NCBI GenBank assembly: GCA_977017575.1
Contig: CDRNVI010000039.1
Coordinates: forward strand, 711,930-775,929
Length of the DNA: 64,000 nt
Origin: Paramoeba atlantica
Taxonomy: Eukaryota > Protista > Discosea
Direction: 5' to 3'
Shown: piece after piece, positions 19,470 to 30,323 of the stretch
How the letters are laid out: every line of letters starts with the position of its first letter
Position numbering within the stretch: position 1 is the stretch's first letter
The notes under the pieces: model-generated
Told to the model about the DNA's origin: nothing
Databases searched by the model: none
The model's input: only the letters and a program-made list of their open reading frames with translations
Position numbers and translations under genes: made by a program

Positions 19470-20120
19470 TCTGCCTTTTTCCCTTGCGCCTCCTCCTTCC
19501 TCTAAGGCCTTGCGTGTCACACACTTCCAGGTAAATTTTGGACTATGTAGGTTGTATCGGAACAGGGTGGAGAAATATCGAATGAAGCCAAAGCGTATAC
19601 ACGTATATCAGGCCCCAAACTCTCAAAAAACGGTCTAGGAGTTGATTTGGGAAAAAAATATTTTTTCGCTTTCACCCATAAATTTTTGGTTTTTTTTTTG
19701 AAAATTTCAAAAATTGCTATGATCACCTTGGTGGGGGGGGGCAGGGGTACCCATCGGAATTGTTGAAAAACTAGTGATCTCGTCACTCAATTCGATTCAT
19801 ACGTCTGCATTTTTTCCTTGCGCCTCCTCCTTCCTCATCGGCCTTGCGTGTCACACACTTCCGGGTAAATTTTGTACTATGTAGGTGTATTATCGGCACA
19901 GGGTGGAGAAATATCGAATGAAATCAAAGGATATACAGGTATAGAAGGCTCCAAACTCTCAAAAAACGGTCTAGGAGTTGATTTTGGAAAAATATTTGTT
20001 TTCACTTTCACCCACAAATTTTTAGTTTTTTTTTGCAAAATTTCAAAAATTCCTATGATCACCAGGGTGGGGAGGGGGGGGCAGGGGGTACCCATCGGAA
20101 TTGTTGAAAAACTAGTAATC
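19470..20120. repeat. diverged tandem duplication of about 330 bp
   Basis: GCCTTGCGTGTCACACACTTCC.GGTAAATTTTG and downstream blocks occur twice. Confidence 0.7.
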
Positions 20121-20225
20121 TTGTCACCCTTGTTGACCCTTTCTTTTGTTGTTTTTTTTAAGTTTTTAAACCTGATGTCTGCCGGGGGCACGCGCCCCAT
20201 CATTCGAAAGAGGAGAAAGGCTCCC

Positions 20226-21240
20226 GGAAAGCTACGGGAAACGTGCCATGAGGACTTGTCTGCGCGAAGCGTGTCGTTGTCTTATCCGCAGGTTGTGATT
20301 TCTGGCCTCGAGCGCCCAAACCTCCTTTCAGCTCGGCTGGGTTTCGTCAACTTCCGGATGAGCAATCTTCGCGCTCACGGAAAGCTACGGGAAACGTGCC
20401 ATGAGGACTTGTCTGCGCGAAGCGTGTTGGTGTCTTATCCGCAGGTTGTGATTTCTGGCCTCGAGCGCCCAAACCTCCTTTCAGCTCGGCTGGGTTTCGT
20501 CAACTTCCGGATGAGCAATCTTCGCGCTCACGGAAAGCCACGGGAAACGTGCCATGAGGACTTGTCTGCGCGAAGCGTGTTGGTTTCTTATCCGCAGGTT
20601 GTGATTTCTGGCCTCGAGCGCCCAAACCTCCTTTCAGCTCGGCTGGGTTTCGTCAACTTCCGGATGAGTAATCTTCGCGCTCACGGAAATCTACGGGAAA
20701 CGTGCCATGAGGACTTGTCTGCGCGAAGCGTGTTGGTGTCTTATCCGCAGGTTGTGATTTCTGGCCTCGAGCGCCCAAACCTCCTTTCAGCTCGGTTGGG
20801 TTTCGGCAACTTCCGGATCAGTAATCTTCGCGCTCACGGAAAGCTACGGGAAACGTGCCATGAGGACTTGTCTGCGCGAAGCGTGTTGGTGTCTTATCCG
20901 CAGGTTGTGATTTCTGGCCTCGAGCGCCCAAACCTCCTTTCAGCTCGGCTGGGTTTCGTCAACTTCCGGATGAGCAATCTTCGCGCTCACGGAAAGCTAC
21001 GGGAAACGTGCCATGAGGATTTGTCTGCGCGAAGCGTGTTGGTTTCTTATCCGCAGGTTGTGATTTCTGGCCTCGAGCGCCCAAACCTCCTTTCAGCTCG
21101 GCTTGGTTTCGTCAACTTCCGGATGAGTAATCTTCGCGCTCACGGAAAGCTACGGGAAACGTGCCATGAGGACTTGTCTGCGCGAAGCGTGTTGGTGTCT
21201 TATCCGCAGGTTGTGATTTCTTGCCTCGAGCGCCCAAACC
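20226..21240. repeat. 153-bp tandem repeat, about 6.6 copies
   Basis: GGAAAGCTACGG at 20226 and 20379; 51-codon unit. Confidence 0.92.
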
Positions 21241-22726
21241 TTTCCTTATTGTAAGACCTTTCCTTATTGTAAGACCTTTCCTTATTGTAAGACCTTTCCT
21301 TATTGTAAGACCTTTCCTTATTGTAAGACCTTTCCTTATTGTAAGACCTTTCCTTATTGTAAGACCTTTCCTTATTGTAAGACCTTTCCTTATTGTAAGA
21401 CCTTTCCTTATTGTAAGACCTTTCCTTATTGTAAGACCTTTCCTTATTGTAAGACCTTTCCTTATTGTAAGACCTTTCTTTATTGTAAGACCTTTCCTTA
21501 TTGTAAGACCTTTCCTTATTGTAAGACCTTTCCTTATTGTAAGACCTTTCTTTATTGTAAGACCTTTCCTTATTGTAAGACCTTTCCTTATTGTAAGACC
21601 TTTCCTTATTGTAAGACCTTTCCTTATTGTAAGACCTTTCCTTATTGTAAGACCTTTCCTTATTGTAAGACCTTTCCTTATTGTAAGACCTTTCCTTATT
21701 GTAAGACCTTTCCTTATTGTAAGACCTTTCCTTATTGTAAGACCTTTCCTTATTGTAAGACCTTTCCTTATTGTAAGACCTTTCCTTATTGTAAGACCTT
21801 TCCTTATTGTAAGACCTTTCCTTATTGTAAGACCTTTCCTTATTGTAAGACCTTTCCTTATTGTAAGACCTTTCCTTATTGTAAGACCTTTCCTTATTGT
21901 AAGACCTTTCCTTATTGTAAGACCTTTCCTTATTGTAAGACCTTTCCTTATTGTAAGACCTTTCCTTATTGTAAGACCTTTCCTTATTGTAAGACCTTTC
22001 CTTATTGTCAGACCTTTCCTTATTGTAAGACCTTTCCTTATTGTAAGACCTTTCCTTATTGTAAGACCTTTCCTTATTGTAAGACCTTTCCTTATTGTAA
22101 GACCTTTCCTTATTGTAAGACCTTTCCTTATTGTAAGACCTTTCCTTATTGTAAGACCTTTCCTTATTGTAAGACCTTTCCTTATTGTAAGACCTTTCCT
22201 TATTGTAAGACCTTTCCTTATTGTAAGACCTTTCCTTATTGTAAGACCTTTCCTTAGTGTAAGACCTTTCCTTAGTGTAAGACCTTTCCTTATTGTAAGA
22301 CCTTTCCTTAGTGTAAGACCTTTCCTTATTGTAAGACCTTTCCTTATTGTAAGACCTTTCCTTATTGTAAGACCTTTCCTTATTGTAAGACCTTTCCTTA
22401 TTGTAAGACCCTTCCTTATTGTAAGACCTTTCCTTATTGTAAGACCTTTCCTTATTGTAAGACCTTTCCTTATTGTAAGACCTTTCCTTATTGTAAGACC
22501 TTTCCTTATTGTAAGACCTTTCCTTATTGTAAGACCTTTCCTTATTGTAAGACCTTTCCTTATTGTAAGACCTTTCCTTATTGTAAGACCTTTCCTTATT
22601 GTAAGACCTTTCCTTATTGTTAGACGTTTCCTTATTGTAAGGCCTTTCCTTATTGTAAGACCTTTCCTTATTGTAAGACCTTTCCTTATTGTAAGACCTT
22701 TCCTTATTGTAAGACCTTTCCTTATT
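21237..22726. repeat. 18-bp satellite A (GACCTTTCCTTATTGTAA), about 83 copies
   Basis: Direct reading. Confidence 0.97.
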
Positions 22727-24177
22727 GAAATCAACGTCTTCTCTCCCCTGCATCATAATGAAAGTAAACCATGTTAAAACCAATTTTCCTAGTAATATAT
22801 CGCTTCAATGAAAGTTTCAGTCCAATCATCCCGACTATTTTTAGTTTCCAATAAACTATATCTATCTGACGAATTATCAAGGTACCTGGCCAATATAATA
22901 AAAACAATCACAGAAACCCAGTCAACAACTCCTGAAACTTACGAACGGGCATCCCGTCCACCAACTCCGCGAAATGGTTGGGGGTTGGTGGGTGGGCGCA
23001 ATTTGAAAAGGGTAAAAGAAGGAGTGTCGCTATACACAAAAACAATATATATGACTTCATCCCGAGTACTACTAAATAATAAATCTCATTACATCTAACA
23101 ACGGGTGCCCCTTTCGGGGCCACAATCTGTAAAAACAAATCATAATATAAATATTATGTGCCCCGAAGGGCCATTATGTCAATCATCCTAAATTTCTAAA
23201 CGTATACTTCTAGAAATCAACGTCTTCTCTCCCCTGCATCATAATGAAAGTAAACCATGTTAAAACCAATTTTCCTAGTAATATATCGCTTCAATGAAAG
23301 TTTCAGTCCAATCATCCCGACTATTTTTAGTTTCCAATAAACTATATCTATCTGACGAATTATCAAGGTACCTGGCCAATATAATAAAAACAATCACAGA
23401 AACCCAGTCAACAACTCCTGAAACTTACGAACGGGCATCCCGTCCACCAACTCCGCGAAATGGTTGGGGGTTGGTGGGTGGGCGCAATTTGAAAAGGGTA
23501 AAAGAAGGAGTGTCGCTATACACAAAAACAATATATATGACTTCATCCCGAGTACTACTAAATAATAAATCTCATTACATCTAACAACGGGTGCCCCTTT
23601 CGGGGCCACAATCTGTAAAAACAAATCATAATATAAATATTATGTGCCCCGAAGGGCCATTATGTCAATCATCCTAAATTTCTAAACGTATACTTCTAGA
23701 AATCAACGTCTTCTCTCCCCTGCATCATAATGAAAGTAAACCATGTTAAAACCAATTTTCCTAGTAATATATCGCTTCAATGAAAGTTTCAGTCCAATCA
23801 TCCCGACTATTTTTAGTTTCCAATAAACTATATCTATCTGACGAATTATCAAGGTACCTGGCCAATATAATAAAAACAATCACAGAAACCCAGTCAACAA
23901 CTCCTCAAACTTACGAACGGGCATCCCGTCCACCAACTCCGCGAACCAACCCGTTCGCCCGTAATCCAAACTCCCGCGCGCACGTGTTTGTAGCAAATGG
24001 TGGCGGCCAATTACTAAAAACTCGTAACGTTTTTCAAGAATTCCTACCGCGTAATAAAATTGAATAGTATATATTTTCTATATAGCTAATTTTTTTTTTT
24101 GATTCTATATAATGAGTTTTACTAATTAATGGTACATTCATACCTATGCGAGTTTCCATACATGTATGTATACATGC

Positions 24178-27084
24178 TTATCCGGTGCGGCTGATAGGGT
24201 CCGCTGGGTTTTCGGCAGATCTCACGTAACGTGCCATGATACATACGCCAAGGTTCTGATTTGTCTTCAACACACGCTTGAGCTCTCCGGCAATACTGTC
24301 GGATTTCGCGATCTTGCGTTTGAATGCTGCTTGACAAGAGGTGTTGTCAATAAACAAATCAACACAGGTTCCTTTTTGAAAGTGGTGTGTCAGTTTTTCA
24401 AACGCAAGTCGAACGGCCATCGCCTCAGCGTGATTCACTTCGTATTTGAACTCAGGTTGCCATTTATCGCCAACAATAATCACTTGTCCGTCGTCCCGGT
24501 AAAGAACCGCGCCCCATCCTTTAGCCGACGCATCCGTGTACAGTCGGTGTTTATGCGGGACAACGTCAGGATGCGGAGGTGGTGATATAGGCTCATTTAC
24601 CAAAATGATATCACGCCAATTCGCGAGAATCGATCGGGTGGCTGTCGGAAGAGGAACCGGTTGATGTGCGAGTTCGGGGCATCGGTTTAACTCATTGATA
24701 CGTCGTCTAACAATCTTTAAGGGGAAATGATAGTCTGGTATAATATGACCCAAGACCGCTGCTGCATAGAGGAGGCGCCCCACCGCCGTCTCCAATTGAG
24801 AGTACGTAATATTACGAAACCGATCTCGTGACATTTTCCGTATAACCCTAGGCCCCAGGTTGACCTTATGGGTTACGTGATTGTAGAAGACGCCGTTAAA
24901 AACATATTCAGTGGAGGGGTCAAAACCAGCCTCCTTGAACAAACCTCCCACTTCCTTACACCGTGAATCCACGAATTTCACAAATTTATCAGCTTGTTCT
25001 TGAGATCCTGCGAAACGAATCCCGTCTATATAGACGTCCACAGATCCAATGCATGAAACTAGTTCGGGTTTGCATACCGCCAGATCGCCTGCTAGTGTAG
25101 CTGTAATCTTGTGCATAATTTCAGGGGCGCATCGGTGCCCCATTGGCATAACCTTCATCTGGTGTAAGACGCCATTTAGATCTCGAAAGCGAAATTTGGC
25201 ACGAGCCTGGCGCGGAATTGGAACTTGATAAAATCCACATCGGAGATCGCGCTTCACCCCCACTTCTTCGGCAGCCTTATGGAGATAACGAGAAGGATGC
25301 AACAAAGGCACGTCTGGCTTGTAGTCTTTTAATCGCAAGTTATCATCCTTGGTCCATGATATGAAACGGCGCCTATCGTTGCCTTCCTCGTCGGATTCGA
25401 CTACCGTGAATGGAATTACGTATTACAGCGTTGGGTACCGGCGTATGTCGTCCTCCTCCACTCTTTCTATCACTCCGGCTTCAAGTAAACCCGTGATGTC
25501 GGCATTTACAAGATTACCTTTTGTTGAAGGCTCTGGTTGGGCTCCTAGTCGTGTATTAAATAATTCACCTATTACCGTTTCAAGCCGGCGGCGCGCTTCA
25601 GGGGTCATCCAATTCTTTACTTTTTGTACATCCATAACGGGTATTCCAACTTTAACGTGTAGGGGAAGGTCCATATCTTCGGTACGTGCAAGACGGGATG
25701 TACGGCGCGCGCAAATAATGCTGTATCGTCGAACGTGCGGTATTTGATCAAAACAAAGATTTACATCCTCTTGAGTCATTGTATTGGGAGGAGAACCGAG
25801 GCTCGCTGAGTACCGAGGGCTTTCGCCGTCGTAATAAGGTTGCCGTTGTATCGCAAGAGGGAGTTTATGCATTGATGCTTTGCTATGTTTTGAACGTCGG
25901 AGAGAGCGACGTGTCCGAGCGCCACCTCGCTGAAAAGGTGAGTTATCGCGCCGCGCTTCAGGGAATGTGTTCCAAATCCCGGACCTAGAATCCTCTGCAT
26001 CTTTCGGTCCATCTCCCGAACCGTTGTACTCGCTATGTGTTGGCCTTCCCTCATGAATTGGACGTAATTTGCAATCTCCTGAGTTCCTTCCCCTTGGATC
26101 GCTGTGCACATCGATAGCCGGTACGGGTTGAGACGCGTCGATTTTGTATTCCTCCCCCAATAAATTATTACTTCGTTTGGTTGATGTCGCACAAATCGTT
26201 CCAGAGTCAGTTCGGCCACCTCTGTCCATCTGGCCGCAGCCTTCCAACAAATCAAGGCGGCTATCCCTTCTCTTAACGACAATTTTTCCCTGAGCCGGCG
26301 CAGCTGCCATGGAGTAATCGGTTCCATCTGACGAGTAGGCTCGAGAGCCCCCCTTGCTTGTAGGGCTTTCGCGAACATTTTGAGTGAAATTGGATCCTTT
26401 TGGCTTAGTTGAAACACCGTCTGGAGATTTCGGGTGTAGCTTAACAGTGTTGCTGGTGCGAGATCGAGTTGATTTAAGAAAAGGACGGCGTGTACTGGAT
26501 CTCGCGGAAAACCGCTTTGTAGACAAAACTTTTCCAGTCTTTCCCAAAGTCGCGCCCTCGTTAGCCATGTAGCATTTGTCCACATTGGATTGATTGCGCT
26601 TTGAATCTGACGTGCGATAGGACTCAGAGGCGGTAGATTTAGAATTGTATATGTTAGTTTTTGCTGGACTGAGCGCAATTTTGTTTCCCTGGTGTTGTCT
26701 CCCGCGGGACGCATTTCTTGAGGTTTTTTGGCTTGCGGTTGCAGGCGTTGGCGTTTGGCTTGAGGGATATTTGACTTTGTCTTTAATTCCGCCACCGGAT
26801 TCCGTGGCGAATGCAGTACCGTTCCGTGACATGCCGTGAAGGCACGCACCTTCCCTGCAGAGTGCAGTGATGAATTGCAGAATATACCTGGATAAATCAC
26901 CCGCCGCTTCTTCAGCGGACAGACACGAGCGATATAAGGGGTGGGGAACCTGGCCTATTGGCTCCTCTTTGCACCTGTTGTGCCGCTCGTCACCCCGCCC
27001 CGAAAACCCGGGGTCGAACGAGTAGAAGATTGATTTAATGGGCAGTTGGCGCGAAAGTGACCTGGCTTGTGGCATCGATAGCAA
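24178..27084 (-). pseudogene. RT/RNase H with nonsense change (CAA to TAA at ~25423)
   Basis: Comparison with the intact copy at 12815-15721. Confidence 0.85.
25776..26900 (-). CDS. tyrosine recombinase (intact)
   Basis: Near-identical to 14413-15537. Confidence 0.9.
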   Translation of the reverse strand: MIYPGIFCNSSLHSAGKVRAFTACHGTVLHSPRNPVAELKTKSNIPQAKRQRLQPQAKKPQEMRPAGDNTRETKLRSVQQKLTYTILNLPPLSPIARQIQSAINPMWTNATWLTRARLWERLEKFCLQSGFPRDPVHAVLFLNQLDLAPATLLSYTRNLQTVFQLSQKDPISLKMFAKALQARGALEPTRQMEPITPWQLRRLREKLSLREGIAALICWKAAARWTEVAELTLERFVRHQPNEVIIYWGRNTKSTRLNPYRLSMCTAIQGEGTQEIANYVQFMREGQHIASTTVREMDRKMQRILGPGFGTHSLKRGAITHLFSEVALGHVALSDVQNIAKHQCINSLLRYNGNLITTAKALGTQRASVLLPIQ

Positions 27085-27995
27085 AGAAAGGCCGGGCGAT
27101 TAGTGGCGATTTTTGAAACACTCATGTGGCGCAGCTTTTCCTCCGCAACTGCCTTCGAGTACGCATCCTTAGTGTCATCATCCTTGTGGAGTTTTAATTG
27201 TACACGTTCGACTTGAATTCCGGATGAGGCCCAATAGTGGTTTCGCAGTTCTTCGATGGCTGTGCGTACGATTTCGAGAAAATGTTCCTCTCGCCATAGG
27301 GGAAAAACTCGTGCCGCTTGGATCCACTCTTGGACTATTTTAAATAGACGTTCACGGATAGGAGGAGCGTTCAGTAACAAACCAAATTCAGGATGGACGC
27401 GTAAATCACGGATAAGGTCTCGTACGCGTAACTCATCCTCGGATTCTAGCCACGGGCCCCATGATAGAGGATCGTTTGCGGTGAAACGAGCCGGATCGGT
27501 GATAGGCGCATTAGGAGTCTTAGGTTCTTCGTCCGCTTTGCGCCCTCCAGGCATTTTTGCTCGCACCCGGGTAATTTCCAACGAATAATATTCGATGTCT
27601 GGAAAAGGAAAGTCGTATGCCATGCCGGGATCATCGTTCCAAACGGCTTCCATGCCTCCTGAATCGTCGGATTTCAGACGAACGTTGCCAATCACAGTTT
27701 CGCGCACTGCATCCCCATGGTGACCCCACACGGCTTCTACAGACACATCGTAACCCTTAAGGATCAAAGTCCGGACTTTTTGCGCGAATTCCACCTTATC
27801 CTCGTCAGACATCGCTGCAGAGCCTGTTCCCCCCCCGAAGCAAAGCCGCCACTTGCTCCGGGTTCAGCGTCGTACGTTGTCCCCCGTATTGCAGACTCGG
27901 ATCGACAGGGTTGGGAGATGCCGGATCTTCTCGTATAGGACTCTGTGGCCTCCCCATCGACAGCGTGCGACGAACAGTATTAAGAATGCTGGTCA
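26955..27995 (-). pseudogene. gag with +1 frameshift in a C homopolymer (8 versus 7 C; may be a sequencing error)
   Basis: Comparison with 15592-16632. Confidence 0.8.
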
Positions 27996-28214
27996 TCACG
28001 CAATTTGAAAAGGGTAAAAGAAGGAGTGTCGCTATACACAAAAACAATATATATTACTTCATCCCGAGTACTACTAAAAAATAAATCTCATTACATCTAA
28101 CAACGGGTGCCCCTTTCGGGGCCACAATCTGTAAAAACAAATCATAATATAAATATTATGTGCCCCGAAGGGCCATTATGTCAATCATCCTAAATTTCTA
28201 AACGTATACTTCTA

Positions 28215-30323
28215 GTAATGACCTTTCCTTATTGTAAGACCTTTCCTTATTGTAAGACCTTTCCTTATTGTAAGACCTTTCCTTATTGTAAGACCTTTCC
28301 TTATTGTAAGACCTTTCCTTATTGTAAGACCTTTCCTTATTGTAAGACCTTTCCTTATTGTAAGACCTTTCCTTATTGTAAGACCTTTCCTTATTGTAAG
28401 ACCTTTCCTTATTGTAAGACCTTTCCTTATTGTAAGACCTTTCCTTATTGTAAGACCTTTCCTTATTGTAAGACCTTTCCTTATTGTAAGACCTTTCCTT
28501 ATTGTAAGACCTTTCCTTATTGTAAGACCTTTCCTTATTGTAAGACCTTTCCTTATTGTAAGACCTTTCCTTATTGTAAGACCTTTCCTTATTGTAAGAC
28601 CTTTCCTTAGTGTAAGACCTTTCCTTAGTGTAAGACCTTTCCTTAGTGTAAGACCTTTCCTTAGTGTAAGACCTTTCCTTAGTGTAAGACCTTTCCTTAT
28701 TGTAAGACCTTTCCTTAGTGTAAGACCTTTCCTTATTGTAAGACCTTTCCTTATTGTAAGACCTTTCCTTATTGTAAGACCTTTCCTTATTGTAAGACCT
28801 TTCCTTATTGTAAGACCTTTCCTTATTGTAAGACCTTTCCTTATTGTAAGACCTTTCCTTATTGTAAGACCTTTCCTTATTGTAAGACCTTTCCTTATTG
28901 TAAGACCTTTCCTTATTGTAAGACCTTTCCTTATTGTAAGACCTTTCCTTATTGTAAGACCTTTCCTTATTGTAATGACCTTTCCTTATTGTAAGACCTT
29001 TCCTTATTGTAAGACCTTTCCTTATTGTAAGACCTTTCCTTATTGTAAGACCTTTCCTTATTGTAAGACCTTTCCTTATTGTAAGACCTTTCCTTATTGT
29101 AAGACCTTTCCTTATTGTAAGACCTTTCCTTATTGTAAGACCTTTCCTTATTGTAAGACCTTTCCTTATTGTAAGACCTTTCCTTATTGTAAGACCTTTC
29201 CTTATTGTAAGACCTTTCCTTATTGTAAGACCTTTCCTTATTGTAAGACCTTTCCTTATTGTAAGACCTTTCCTTATTGTAAGACCTTTCCTTATTGTAA
29301 GACCTTTCCTTATTGTAAGACCTTTCCTTATTGTAAGACCTTTCCTTATTGTAAGACCTTTCCTCATTGTAAGACCTTTCCTTATTGTAAGACCTTTCCT
29401 TATTGTAAGACCTTTCCTTATTGTAAGACCTTTCCTTATTGTAAGACCTTTCCTTATTGTAAGACCTTTCCTTATTGTAAGACCTTTCCTTATTGTAAGA
29501 CCTTTCCTTATTGTAAGACCTTTCCTTATTGTAAGACCCTTCCTTATTGTAAGACCTTTCCTTATTGTAAGACCTTTCCTTATTGTAAGACCTTTCCTTA
29601 TTGTAAGACCTTTCCTTATTGTAAGACCTTTCCTTATTGTAAGACCTTTCCTTATAGTAAGACCTTTCCTTATTGTAAGACCTTTCCTTATTGTAAGACC
29701 TTTCCTTATTGTAAGACCTTTCCTTATTGTAAGACCTTTCCTTATTGTAAGACCTTTCCTTATTGTAAGACCTTTCCTTATTGTAAGACCTTTCCTTATT
29801 GTAAGACCTTTCCTTATTGTAAGACCTTTCCTTATTGTAAGACCTTTCCTTATTGTAAGACCTTTCCTTATTGTAAGACCTTTCCTTATTGTAAGACCTT
29901 TCCTTATTGTAAGACCTTTCCTTATTGTAAGACCTTTCCTTATTGTAAGACCTTTCCTTATTGTAAGACCTTTCCTTATTGTAAGACCTTTCCTTATTGT
30001 AAGACCTTTCCTTATTGTAAGACCTTTCCTTATTGTAAGACCTTTCCTTATTGTAAGACCTTTCCTTATTGTAAGACCTTTCCTTATTGTAAGACCTTTC
30101 CTTATTGTAAGACCTTTCCTTATTGTAAGACCTTTCCTTATTGTAAGACCTTTCCTTATTGTAAGACCTTTCCTTATTGTAAGACCTTTCCTTATTGTAA
30201 GACCTTTCCTTATTGTAAGACCTTTCCTTATTGTAAGACCTTTCCTTATTGTAAGACCTTTCCTTATTGTAAGACCCTTCCTTATTGTAAGACCTTTCCT
30301 TATTGTAAGACCTTTCCTTATTG
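28215..30323. repeat. 18-bp satellite A, about 117 copies
   Basis: Direct reading. Confidence 0.97.

Larger units (their letters stand above)
22727..28214 (-). mobile_element. YR retrotransposon family 1 copy 2 (A-ORFs-B-A-B-A-B) inserted in satellite A
   Basis: B starts at 22727, 23213 and 23699 (486-bp period); body near-identical to copy 1; no TSD. Confidence 0.92.

Noticed and set aside
20350-20400. Hammerhead ribozyme in the 153-bp repeat
   Set aside because: Core reads CGGAUGA, not CUGANGA, and GAAA is not adjacent to stem II.
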